From positions 434 through 64,433 of the IMG/VR virus record IMGVR_UViG_3300042483_000317: a stretch of 64,000 nucleotides of DNA. One strand, given 5' to 3'. This stretch comes from a virus. Its lineage: Duplodnaviria > Caudoviricetes. Below the pieces are notes generated by a model. The model was given only the letters and a program-made list of their open reading frames with translations. It had not been told where the DNA came from and made no database searches. Shown here in pieces: positions 31,282 through 41,700 of this stretch. Position numbers and translations under genes: made by a program. Every line of letters begins with the position of its first letter. Within the stretch, counting starts at the first letter, position 1.

Positions 31282-31734
31282 CTACACACTTAAGGTAAAT
31301 TCTAGATATTTTTTTGTTAAATTTTTAGATGAAAAGATGTCAGTCAAGTTCATCAACAAGTTTTTTAGGTGTGGGCGTACATCCACAGTATATCTTATCT
31401 TTGGAGGGTATACTTTAGCGTCTACCTGTCTATGACAAATTGTCACATCATTTTGTTTGATGAAGATGTTAAAGTACTCCGGACCATCTGTATAAGACGT
31501 TTCCAAAATAGCTGGATTGTTAATAATTTCGTACATATTATCCGTCATATACGTTACGGTTTTCAATGATAATTGTGTCTGAATATCGTCTTTAAATTCA
31601 CGAAGTAATTCATAAAGTTCTAATGAGTTTTTTCCCTCATTATTGAACTCTCTCACGTTAAAAAATCTCTGTACAATGATGTTATCATTTACCATCATTA
31701 AGAATTCTAATTTTACCGATTCTTGGTCTTTCAT
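31282..31734 (-). CDS. Hypothetical protein in the replication block
   Basis: 150-aa ORF tightly packed between the exonuclease and helicase genes. Confidence 0.6.
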   Translation of the reverse strand: MKDQESVKLEFLMMVNDNIIVQRFFNVREFNNEGKNSLELYELLREFKDDIQTQLSLKTVTYMTDNMYEIINNPAILETSYTDGPEYFNIFIKQNDVTICHRQVDAKVYPPKIRYTVDVRPHLKNLLMNLTDIFSSKNLTKKYLEFTLSV

Positions 31735-31742
31735 AGTTTTAA

Positions 31743-32747
31743 TTAATTGTTGTTATAATTTCTTTTTTCTTTTCTTGTTAGTTTCATAAAGGGTCTAACA
31801 AAATTCACCCATGCGTCATCTCCTTTTGGTAGATACTTAAAAAATCCGTCTTCCATCATCATTTTTATAAGTCCTCTATGACCCCTTCCATCAGGGTCTA
31901 AACTTTCCTTATAATATAATTCAACAAGTTCTTTAGCATCATCGGTAATTAATGGGTTTGACAAATTTATAATCTTTTCATTAATTACAAAATATTCATC
32001 CCCATAAACACCACTTTTAGTTTTACCCGATAATAAATTTTGTAATGTTTTATTATTTTTATTTTCCTTAAGTAGGTTTTCCGTCCTTTCTAAAATATCG
32101 GTAATTGAAACCGGTTTTTCAAGTAGCTCAGGGAAAAACTTAATAAGAGTTTTTTCTCCTAATCCTGAAATACCTTCAATATTATCCGATTTATCTCCTG
32201 ATAAAATTTTATAAGTTCTAATGTTTTGATGTGGGAATTCGTAAATATCACATTTGATTTTACTTCCTAAATGATAAGTCTCTTTAGTTCTTGGATAATA
32301 CACCGATACCTTATCTGAAATAAGTTGAGTAAGGTCTTTATCCCCCGAATAGATAGTCTTTTGTTCGTTCTCCGAGATTTGGCAATAGTAAGCTATCAAA
32401 TCATCCGCTTCGTTATTATCTACGTTGATTTGTCTTATATAACAATCCTCCAAGTATTGTTTGATTCTTTCTTTCTGCTCAGTGAAAGAATCTAACTTAT
32501 ACTCGTTGTCTCTGTCTCTACGATTTTCTTTGTATTGGGGATAAATAAGTTTTCGAGTAGATGAGTTATCATCACCGTCCCACATAACAACAACCTTATC
32601 AAAGTCTTGTTCGTCTATGAAACGTCTAATGGTGTTTATAAAGTGCCATAAAGCCCCAATATGTTTTCCATTATGATAATAATCTTTTACTCCGTGAAAG
32701 CCAATCTTTACTAAATTATTGCCGTCCACTAATAGGGTTTTAACCAC
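31743..32747 (-). CDS. 5'-3' exonuclease / flap endonuclease (T4 RNase H-like)
   Basis: LLVDGNN, YKENR, EADDLIA, SGDKDLTQL and GDKSDNIEGISGLGEKT; GTG start. Confidence 0.92.
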   Translation of the reverse strand: MVKTLLVDGNNLVKIGFHGVKDYYHNGKHIGALWHFINTIRRFIDEQDFDKVVVMWDGDDNSSTRKLIYPQYKENRRDRDNEYKLDSFTEQKERIKQYLEDCYIRQINVDNNEADDLIAYYCQISENEQKTIYSGDKDLTQLISDKVSVYYPRTKETYHLGSKIKCDIYEFPHQNIRTYKILSGDKSDNIEGISGLGEKTLIKFFPELLEKPVSITDILERTENLLKENKNNKTLQNLLSGKTKSGVYGDEYFVINEKIINLSNPLITDDAKELVELYYKESLDPDGRGHRGLIKMMMEDGFFKYLPKGDDAWVNFVRPFMKLTRKEKRNYNNN

Positions 32748-32768
32748 TTGTTTTGTTTGTATTCGTTA

Positions 32769-33773
32769 CTAATCTTTTTCTTCTACTTCTTTCAAATCAA
32801 AATCACCATCTGTTCCAATGATGTTTTTCCAATATTCAGAGTATTCTTTTTTGTACTTCTCAATTGAAGCTTTTTCTTCTGTAGTCTCTTTACCTGCCAA
32901 GAATCCATGAGGTGTTACTATAATTTTACCATCCTCATAACCTAATCCATTGATGTGGTTTTTCATTACTGAAATTTTAGTTCTCACAGCAAATTTGATA
33001 GTTCTCTTATCTTTAGTCGCAGTAATTTTTGTTGTTCCCGCACCTTTCTCATTACCAAAACGGAATACTAATGAAGAGTTTAACCAAATTGCCTCACCAC
33101 CTTTAGCTTTAATTTTAGGTTGTCCAAATGGATTATCCGGAAGTTCAACCCAAGGTTGGTTAACAATAACCAAAGTATTCTCATATTTAGAATCCGCTTT
33201 ACGACTTCCTGAAATTCTTTGATTAATTCCCATTCCAATTTTATCCGCTAATGCAGCAGCATTATGTTGTTTTCCACCTTTACCTTCATAAGTCATTTTA
33301 CAAGGAACTGAACCAACTGAATCCCATAAGAATAGTAAACTATAATCTAATTCACCTTTCTCTTGAGCATCAAGTAAACTATTAATGTAATCAGTTATTT
33401 GTTCTATATAACTAAAGTTATTATTGAAGATGTAGAACCCATCCCATTCTAATTCACCAGTTTCTTCATCAACCATTTCTTCACAATCAAAACCCATAAG
33501 TTTTGCGTGTTCAAATGACCATTTTTGTTCCGTAATAATGAACACAGGTAATATTTGTTTTTTCTGAGCATCAACCGCACATTTAACTAAAGCTGTGGTT
33601 TTACCTGTATCGGAGTGACCCAAGAACATATTTAAATGTCCAATAGCCGGACCCGGAATACCAACAGCATCCAAAAAGTCAGGACCTAAATCAAAGAACC
33701 TTTGTGGTTTGTATTTTGCGGATGTAGAGAATTTGTCCTTAATGGACTTGAAATCATGTTTTTTAATTGCCAT
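32769..33773 (-). CDS. uvsX: RecA/UvsX-family recombinase
   Basis: GHSDTGKTT, WDSVG, IVNQ and GGEA. Start placed at MAIKK (33773) instead of 33842. Confidence 0.88.
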   Translation of the reverse strand: MAIKKHDFKSIKDKFSTSAKYKPQRFFDLGPDFLDAVGIPGPAIGHLNMFLGHSDTGKTTALVKCAVDAQKKQILPVFIITEQKWSFEHAKLMGFDCEEMVDEETGELEWDGFYIFNNNFSYIEQITDYINSLLDAQEKGELDYSLLFLWDSVGSVPCKMTYEGKGGKQHNAAALADKIGMGINQRISGSRKADSKYENTLVIVNQPWVELPDNPFGQPKIKAKGGEAIWLNSSLVFRFGNEKGAGTTKITATKDKRTIKFAVRTKISVMKNHINGLGYEDGKIIVTPHGFLAGKETTEEKASIEKYKKEYSEYWKNIIGTDGDFDLKEVEEKD

Positions 33774-33805
33774 ATCTCTAATTAATTTAATTTTTTTAGT
33801 TTTTT

Positions 33806-33854
33806 TAGACAAGTTGGACACCAAGTAAGACCTAGTGTCCAAGTTATATGTCTA
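33806..33854 (-). promoter_or_regulatory. Long intergenic hairpin between the ssb and recombinase genes
   Basis: Minus strand: TAGACA..TTGGACACTAGG-TCTTA-CTTGGTGTCCAA..TGTCTA; G-U pairs extend the stem on the mRNA strand. Confidence 0.6.
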
Positions 33855-33866
33855 TGTTTTTTTTGA

Positions 33867-34721
33867 TTAGAAAGGCATATCATCTTCCGGTTCGTCACCC
33901 GCTTGTGGGTCAACCGGTGCAGATGGTTTAGAACCACCAAATGACATCTCATCAGAATCAGAGTTACCATAATCGTAACCACCTTTATCAGAATTCCATT
34001 TTGGAGTCTCACCTCTTGCAATAGCTTCTAAATACTCAACCGGTTTTTTAGAGTAAACATCTTCCCAAGTTAACTCATCATTAACCCATCCGTCAGCAGT
34101 TGCTTTGTCCTCGTGAACAGGAGCCGCGTCATCATACATAACTGTTTGGATTACCGTGTAAAATGCACCTTTTGGAGTTTTTGCTTTAGTTAATTCTAAA
34201 ATGATATCTCTACCACTAACAGGGTCAGTAATATCACCTTTATTTCTCCAAATAGGAATAATTTTATCTAAAATTCCTTCATTTTTGTAGTTGTGTTTAA
34301 ATCTCCAAAATTTAACACCATCCGCCTCGTTATCTCTATCAATAACTTTCACGATGTAAAATTTACGTGATAAGTACTGTTTAGCTAACTCTTTGTCAGA
34401 TTCTTTTCCGGTCGCACGAAGTTCTTCGTAAACCTCATTTAAAGGTGAACGCTCACTGTCATTTTTTCCCGGGTCATAAAATTTTTGGAATTTTCCGTCA
34501 ACTTGAATCTCGTGATACCAAACTTCATTAAATGGTGAAGAACCATCTTTTGTTGGTAAGATTCTTAATCTTCTTTGGCCTTGAGTTTCCTTATCTTGAA
34601 GGATTGCCGCGAAGTATTTTTTCATTCTTTCTTCTTGTGTGAATTTTGAGGTAGAAGAAGAGCTACCTTGTTTTGATTGCTCGTATTGAGCCAAAACTGC
34701 GTCTAATGAATTTGTCGCCAT
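33867..34721 (-). CDS. Single-stranded DNA-binding protein (T4 gp32-like)
   Basis: RLRILP...PF..VWYH, YIVKVIDR, DITDP..GRDI and acidic tail EPEDDMPF. Confidence 0.85.
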   Translation of the reverse strand: MATNSLDAVLAQYEQSKQGSSSSTSKFTQEERMKKYFAAILQDKETQGQRRLRILPTKDGSSPFNEVWYHEIQVDGKFQKFYDPGKNDSERSPLNEVYEELRATGKESDKELAKQYLSRKFYIVKVIDRDNEADGVKFWRFKHNYKNEGILDKIIPIWRNKGDITDPVSGRDIILELTKAKTPKGAFYTVIQTVMYDDAAPVHEDKATADGWVNDELTWEDVYSKKPVEYLEAIARGETPKWNSDKGGYDYGNSDSDEMSFGGSKPSAPVDPQAGDEPEDDMPF

Positions 34722-34750
34722 AGTGTTTAAAATATTTAAAGGTTTATAAA

Positions 34751-34779
34751 AGTATAAGTGTCAGCCGTGTGTTTGTCAA
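34751..34779 (-). promoter_or_regulatory. Host-sigma-type promoter of the replication block
   Basis: TTGACA-17 nt-TATACT on the minus strand, about 30 nt before the ssb ATG. Confidence 0.75.
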
Positions 34780-34790
34780 ATTGTTTTGTG

Positions 34791-34815
34791 AAAAAAACGG
34801 TCCGAAGACCGTTTT
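34791..34815 (-). terminator. Intrinsic terminator with a cUUCGg tetraloop
   Basis: Minus strand reads AAAACGGTC-TTCG-GACCGTTTTTTT. Confidence 0.9.
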
Positions 34816-34817
34816 AA

Positions 34818-35489
34818 TTATTTTACTTGTCTAAATGGATTAACTTCATCTTCAAAATTTCTGAAGGTTTTTTTAATTTCATTTGGTGAATAATCTTCAA
34901 CATCATTTTGTGTTAAAACATATTCATTTTTTCCTGATTTTTCCATATCTTCTTCTTTGTCATCAAAGAATTGACTTAATTTTTGATTGAAAGGTCCTGA
35001 ATCTAATGTTCTTAACTCTAATCTTTCTTGAGGTGTTTTCTCTCTGTATTTTTCAACTTTAGCCTCTAAATCATTTAATTTAGTCATGATACCATCCATT
35101 TCACCTAATTTAGATTCTAAATCCGTTAGATGTTGAAATAAATTATTAAAATATTCTTCTTGTTTTTCTTCAACCTTTTTTTGTGATTTTACTAAATCAG
35201 TAATATCCATTTCTTCAGTTTTTGATTCTGATTTTTCATCTTCTCCAACTTTTTCAACGTCAGGGTCATTTGCAACGTCAACAGGTTGAGGTCCCGCAGG
35301 TGCTGCAGGTGTTGGTGGAACAACATTAGGGTCTGCCGGTGGTGTTAATCCTGCGTCCGGAGCCGGAGCGGCATTTGGGTCAACTTCACCAGGTGGCGGA
35401 GGTAATGTAGCATCTTGTTCAACAATATATTGATTGATAGAATTATATCTAGCAATTTCCTCTAAAATTTGATTGTCTATTTTTTTCAT
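34818..35489 (-). CDS. Pro-rich/coiled-coil acidic protein, possible prohead core or internal protein
   Basis: ILEE and IVEQ near the N-terminus, a Pro/Ala-rich stretch and a heptad region. Confidence 0.4.
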   Translation of the reverse strand: MKKIDNQILEEIARYNSINQYIVEQDATLPPPPGEVDPNAAPAPDAGLTPPADPNVVPPTPAAPAGPQPVDVANDPDVEKVGEDEKSESKTEEMDITDLVKSQKKVEEKQEEYFNNLFQHLTDLESKLGEMDGIMTKLNDLEAKVEKYREKTPQERLELRTLDSGPFNQKLSQFFDDKEEDMEKSGKNEYVLTQNDVEDYSPNEIKKTFRNFEDEVNPFRQVK

Positions 35490-35493
35490 GTTA

Positions 35494-35718
35494 TTAACCG
35501 TTTAATAGTTGTTTTACACCTGTTAAAGTTTCAACTTGAATTTTTTTATTTTTGTTTAATGTATTGTCAACTCTTTCAATTAAACCATCTTTCATTCTGA
35601 TAGTATAACAATCTCCAGTGTCTAAATCACATACTTGTTTAGAACCATCTCCCAAATCTTTTTCGGTACTTCTGGTATTTTTACCTAAATAGTTGTCTAA
35701 TATTAATTTTGTGTCCAT
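35494..35718 (-). CDS. Small hypothetical late protein
   Basis: 74 aa; preceded by TATTTATA at 35730-35737. Confidence 0.6.
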   Translation of the reverse strand: MDTKLILDNYLGKNTRSTEKDLGDGSKQVCDLDTGDCYTIRMKDGLIERVDNTLNKNKKIQVETLTGVKQLLNG

Positions 35719-35761
35719 AATCTTTTATTTATAAATATCTTTTATTTTGAAAAAACTTAAT

Positions 35762-38700
35762 TTAACATGTTGTTCCGTTTCTAGAACATGGTTTACTATC
35801 CCAAATAATTTCAGAACCTGTATACGGTTTACTATAACACTTACAACAAATATTGTCTTTAATTGCGTCCCATTTACCAACTTCAATTATTTGACGATAT
35901 GTATAACCCTTATCCGGACATTTAAGTGGTAAAAGTACTCTTGAAAAACCATAACTAATATTTGGAAATGCGTTAACTTTAACTATAAGTGTAAATCTAT
36001 ATGTTTTATCATTTTTAGCCGCTTCTAAAATTTCTGTAATATTAGCAACAGAAACAAATGTCCCAACATTTTTATTTGTTTTTGGTTTTATTGTAAAAGT
36101 ACCAATTTCTACATTATTCATTCCTCCTGAAATATATAATTTAGCGGGATAATCTTGTGTTATTAATTCATTTTGATTGTTAACTTCAAAATCGCCATTA
36201 AGAACATCACCTTTTATTTCAAGATTTTGTAATGAAAATGTATTAAATTTTTTGGCATTTTCAAAAAGTGCTTCATTACTATTAGTTGTTGGAGGTGTAT
36301 TAGGTGGTAATGAACCACTTTGATTACCACTACCTGTTTTAAACAAATCAATAGATTTTTGAACATTAGCTTCAATTTCACTTAAGAAACTTGCGTTTTG
36401 TTGAACTAACTTATTATAAACATCAATATTTTTAGCATTTGCTGAAAAATACAAAATATAGAATTTAGTAATATCTTTAGCCGTTATTTCAGGTAATTGT
36501 GATACTCTATCTTTCCACCTAGCAATTAAAAAAGTAATGTGTTTTGATAAATCTGAAAAAATTGCGTAAGGTACATTACTTGATGTACAATAATATTGTT
36601 TATTAAAGTATGAATCCCCCGCTTGTCCCCAATTTTGTAATAAATCAACACCTGAATAGTTGTTTTCCTTTGTTTCTAATTCGGTTCCGTTTGATGAACC
36701 TAAATAAATTGCTGCAAAAACCAAATATCTTAATTTTTGAATATCAGTCTGAACAATAATTGTACTTATAGCATCTTTATATTTAGATTTAGTTGTTGTT
36801 GGGCTATCAACATTATCATATTTTGCATAATTAGTTATTGTTGGTTTACATTCTGAATTAGTCGCCACACTATTAGCCGGGTTAGTTGATGCTTCTTTAA
36901 CAGTATCATTAGCTTGACTAATAACATTTGTTCCTTTTGTACCATTTTCTTTAATTGCCGCTTGTTTATCTTGTTTGTTTTTTTCAATAATTGATGTTAA
37001 CAAATTAGTTTTTAAAGTTTGAATATAACTATCCATTTCAGGTAAATTTGAAATTGATTGTCTAATACCTTTAAACACTGTTTCAAAAGTACCTGGCCCA
37101 ATACTATGATTAACTTCTTGAATCATATACGCTCCACTAAACATAGGTACATGTCTTAAATTAAAATACATTGTTGGTTGAATCATTGCATTACCCATCA
37201 TAGACACCGTACAAGCATAACTTCTATTTTTATATAAATTATATAATGAAATGTTTTGAGTTCCAGCTGCTTTACCTGATGACTGTTTAACTAATTCATC
37301 TGTTTGTTGTAATGATTCTGCAGTTGCTTGACCCGCACTTTGGTCTATTTGGAATCCATGAAAAATAGATTGGTTTTGTGGTCCAACATCTACATTAAAA
37401 CCAACAACTTTATTTGATTTGTCCCAATCATTTTTACCTATTTGGTCTTCAATTAATGGGTTATCACTCGCCCTTCTTAAATCAAAAGAATCTCCTTTAA
37501 ATCTTACATTAGCATTATTTTTAAAATCCGGTTGTTCACTTGGTTTTCCCGCATAAAAACAAACCATTTTTGCTGAAGAATTTCTATAATCAACATTTAA
37601 AAATGTACCAAACATTGTATTAGCAAAATCAAGAGACCCCTCTGGTTTTGGAACAGGATTTTTAACCGCATCTTGTACGTTATAAAAATTAACATAAGAT
37701 GGGATATTCATAACAACAAAGTTGTTTTCAACTAAAATTGTTTGAACAAATGTTAACATACTTGTTTTAACATTTATATCTGTTAATCTATTTTTTAATT
37801 TATTAACATCAATTAATACTTTATCCCCAATATTTCTATTAGCCCTATCCATTAATAAAACATCCTCAAAAAGTGTTTTAGTTTTAAAATCATTTCCGGC
37901 AATCCATTTATCATTCAACGCTTTAAATGACTCCCAATATTCTAATTTTGTTTGGGGTCCTTCCAATACTGACGGTAGAGCATTATCAGGTGTACTACCA
38001 ACATCCGGTAATTGTTTTTGTAATTTAGGCATTAATTTATTAATAATAATACTTTGGAATTTATCGGTACTCGCAATGTACTGATTCATTAATGTTATAA
38101 ACTTACTATAATTTAATGTACTGTCATTTAATTTTTGAGTTGCGTAAATTTTAATAATTGGTGCGAAAGTTTTAATATTATCAACGCTAAAATCAATATT
38201 ACAATCAACAAAGAAATCAGTTATATATGACCCATTATTTGTATATTTTAATTGAGGTATTTCAGAAAATCCAACATAAATTTGCAACGCTTTCCATTGG
38301 TTAGGATAATTAGTTATCGATTGAGATAAAGTAACGGTTCCTCCTGATGTAGGTAATGGAATTGGTGTTTGGTATGAATATTTACTCCACGTATATGGGT
38401 CAGCAATCAACGCATTTGAAAAAGTATAAAATAATCTTTTATCAAAATTTGCCGGATTACCATATTTGAATACAACATCATAATTTAAAAATGATTGTAA
38501 AATATTAGATAAAACACTTAATTGTGATTTTGAAACAGCCGATACTAATTCTGTATTTATGGTTGTACCACTTATTTTAGGTATTTTCATTAAACTTCTC
38601 ATTAACATTTGGAAATTTTTAAATGATTTTGTGGTTTCAGTATCAGTATTAGAAATGAACTCGCTATCAAAATCGTAAATTGATTTTGAGAAATTTAAAA

Positions 38701-41700
38701 ATTCAGATTCAAAACTATCCAAAATTTCTTTTTCAAACACTGAAAACATTTCACTTATTTCTGTGTAATCATCTTGTACCCCATTAATAGAAAAATTTTC
38801 TTGTTTTGTATTTCCAGTAAGATTAAAAACTTGTTTTAAATATTTCAAAGGTGTTGGTTTAACAACTTTGTTAATGTCAAAATACCCATAATTAGGTGCC
38901 TCCCAAAATAATCTAACTGAACCATTATACATCGCAGTATTACCTGTTATTTCATACTTTAGTTGATTAGTTTCTTCAGTAATACATTCATTACTAGTTT
39001 GATTAATTAACGCTCCTTGAGATGGAACAATATATGAAGATGTTTTATCCAATGTTGTAATATAAACTGACCAAGGAATAACTCTTAAATCTCTTTTCGG
39101 GTTATTTGGGTCAAACCCTTCTGGCATATTAATAATTGCTTCAGGAACATAATTTAATGTAACCCCTGAACTAAATCCATTTTGAATATCAGTATCTGTA
39201 TATCCGGAATATATTTGAAAACCTTGATAAAAAACATTAAAATCATTTATCAATAATGGATAAAACCCTGTATTAATTAAAGACGATGTTTCAAGACCCA
39301 GTGTTGTATTTTTTTCCAACACTATATCCATTTGAGCACCATTAATTGTTAACCCATAATTTCTAGACGCTGAATTTGTAACAGGGTCATAATTATGTAC
39401 ATAACTAAATCCTGACCACGATGTGTTAATAATATCAAGACCAGTTTCAACAAAAGTTTTATATCGATTCCAAACAGAACCTATTTTTAATATCCAAGGG
39501 TATGGTAATTTATGTACCGCACCAAATTTTTTAAGAGTTGCAAAAATATAGTCTAAATCTTTTACAGAATTTGATTCATATGTTTTATACTTTTCTCTAA
39601 GCGTTGATAATGGTAAACTATTTAAAAACAAATAAGCCGACGCCACAAATGGATATTCACTATTATTTCTAAAATTTTTAACCCCCTCTTGAATTGAATT
39701 GATAAAATATGGCGTGTTTAATATTGACACGGTTTGGTCACTAGTAACTAATCCTGAATAATTCAAATATCTTAAATTACCTTCTGTTGGTAATTGTGAA
39801 TCAAAACTTCTGTTTTCGTAAAATAATTTTAAATCATAATAATAAATTGGTGATTTAATATTATTAAATAAGAAATTAGTGAAAGGTCTTCTATCTTCAT
39901 CATTGGTAATATCTAAAAAATTAGATATTATTTTTTTATTACTATTATATGTTAATACTTTTGTTGTATTGTATGATGATTTAATATCTGATATTGAATT
40001 CCCATTAGCCAATTCACTTTTAACCCAAGTAAAATTAGTAAACGGATATGTATCCGTTAAATTAAAAATATTACTTGATGTTGAGTTTGAAATAAAATCG
40101 TTAACATTTTTTTCACCCGGTAAAGAAACTAATGGTTGTGATTTAGATTCACTTAATAAATTCTGACTTAAAAATTCATAACTTGAATTATTAACTTTGT
40201 TTTTAATATATGATGTGTTAAAAATACCTCTAATAAAATTCTGCCAGCTTTCCCCTGTACCATCATTTGATATATGTCTTAATAATATTTCAAAATTACC
40301 CGCATTAATTCCAAATTCTTTTAATTTTTTAATAATAAAAGGATTATTATTTGATAAACTTTGAAGAATATTAATACTTTCCGCCTCAGCAATAACATCC
40401 GTTACTTTATCAGTATCTTGAGCGTTACCATTACTTCTTAATAACCCCGAATAATTTGAGGTTAAAAATATTCTTTCAAATATCTCATAAAAGTACTTAA
40501 CTTCTTCTTTATTATCGTAGACAGCATTACTAATTGGGAATTCAATAGCATCTAATGAAACTCTTTGAATATCTGTCAATGGATTTTCAGTTTCTAAAGG
40601 GTCTCCAGGTGGATTAACGGTTTGAGCTGTCGCTTTAATAAACTCTTCCACAAATTCAACTTCAGGCCACAAATCGGTTAGATATCCTTTTGTTTGATTT
40701 ATAACATTTTTATCACCGGGATAAGTAAGTTCAAATTTTTCACGCCCATCTTTTCCGGATGTAGCGACTAACATTTGTGGCCAAGGATATATTGGTAATG
40801 TTGTATTATCACCGGAAGACACGTTATCTACACAAGCATTTGCCGTTTCAGGATTTAGTATTGAATTTCTTCTAGCCTTAATTTGGGTATCATTTAAATT
40901 CCACGCTTGAACGTGTACGTCATCCATTAATCTTAAAAATGCCTCACCATTAGCGAAAATAACTGCAAGTACATTTCTGATATTAGGAACAAATCCAATA
41001 CCATTATCTTTTTTTTGTAATAAGTTAGTTAAAGCTTCGGTTAATTCTTCTTGAATATTTTCTTTAGTTGTTTTAGCCAGTTTACCCATTTGATTTATCA
41101 AATCTTCAAATCTATTTACCCCATCAAATATATAAAATTGGAATTTTTTTTCTTCAGAACCACCTTTATTAGTAATTGTTAATGAATTAAAAATACCTTC
41201 GGTCGCCAATTGATTTTTAAATTCTTGAAGTTGTAATGCTGTTGGTTGTGTTGACAATTTTTTTCTTTGTCTATATGTTTCATCAACATTAACATCTGCT
41301 TCTTTTAAATCTATTGGGAAAATACTTTGAGTAATTTTAAACGGTATGTATGACCCAGTTTTTGTTTTACCATCAATAGTATATTTACCATTTAAACCAC
41401 AAACAGGGTTTGCCTCCATCTCTTCTTTTGCAAGATAAATTATTCCTTGAAGTTCACCCAAAGCATTACTTCTTTTTTGTGCGGTATTAATTTCCGGTTT
41501 AAAAGTATATACCTTACTACCATCGTTCATTACCAAATAATTTTTGGTATCCATATAAGTTGCTGCCCATGAAGTTCCAGCACCAGCATAAACATCTTTA
41601 TCTAAATTACCTAATAATTTTTGATATTCCTCAACATATGTTAATGGGTCTAAATTTTGTTGTGAGAATGATGTTAAAATATTTTTAATAAAATTTTCAA

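Noticed and set aside
33774-33842. Longer recombinase start given in the ORF track
   Set aside because: The extension crosses the intergenic hairpin and A runs; MAIKK at 33773 is more plausible.
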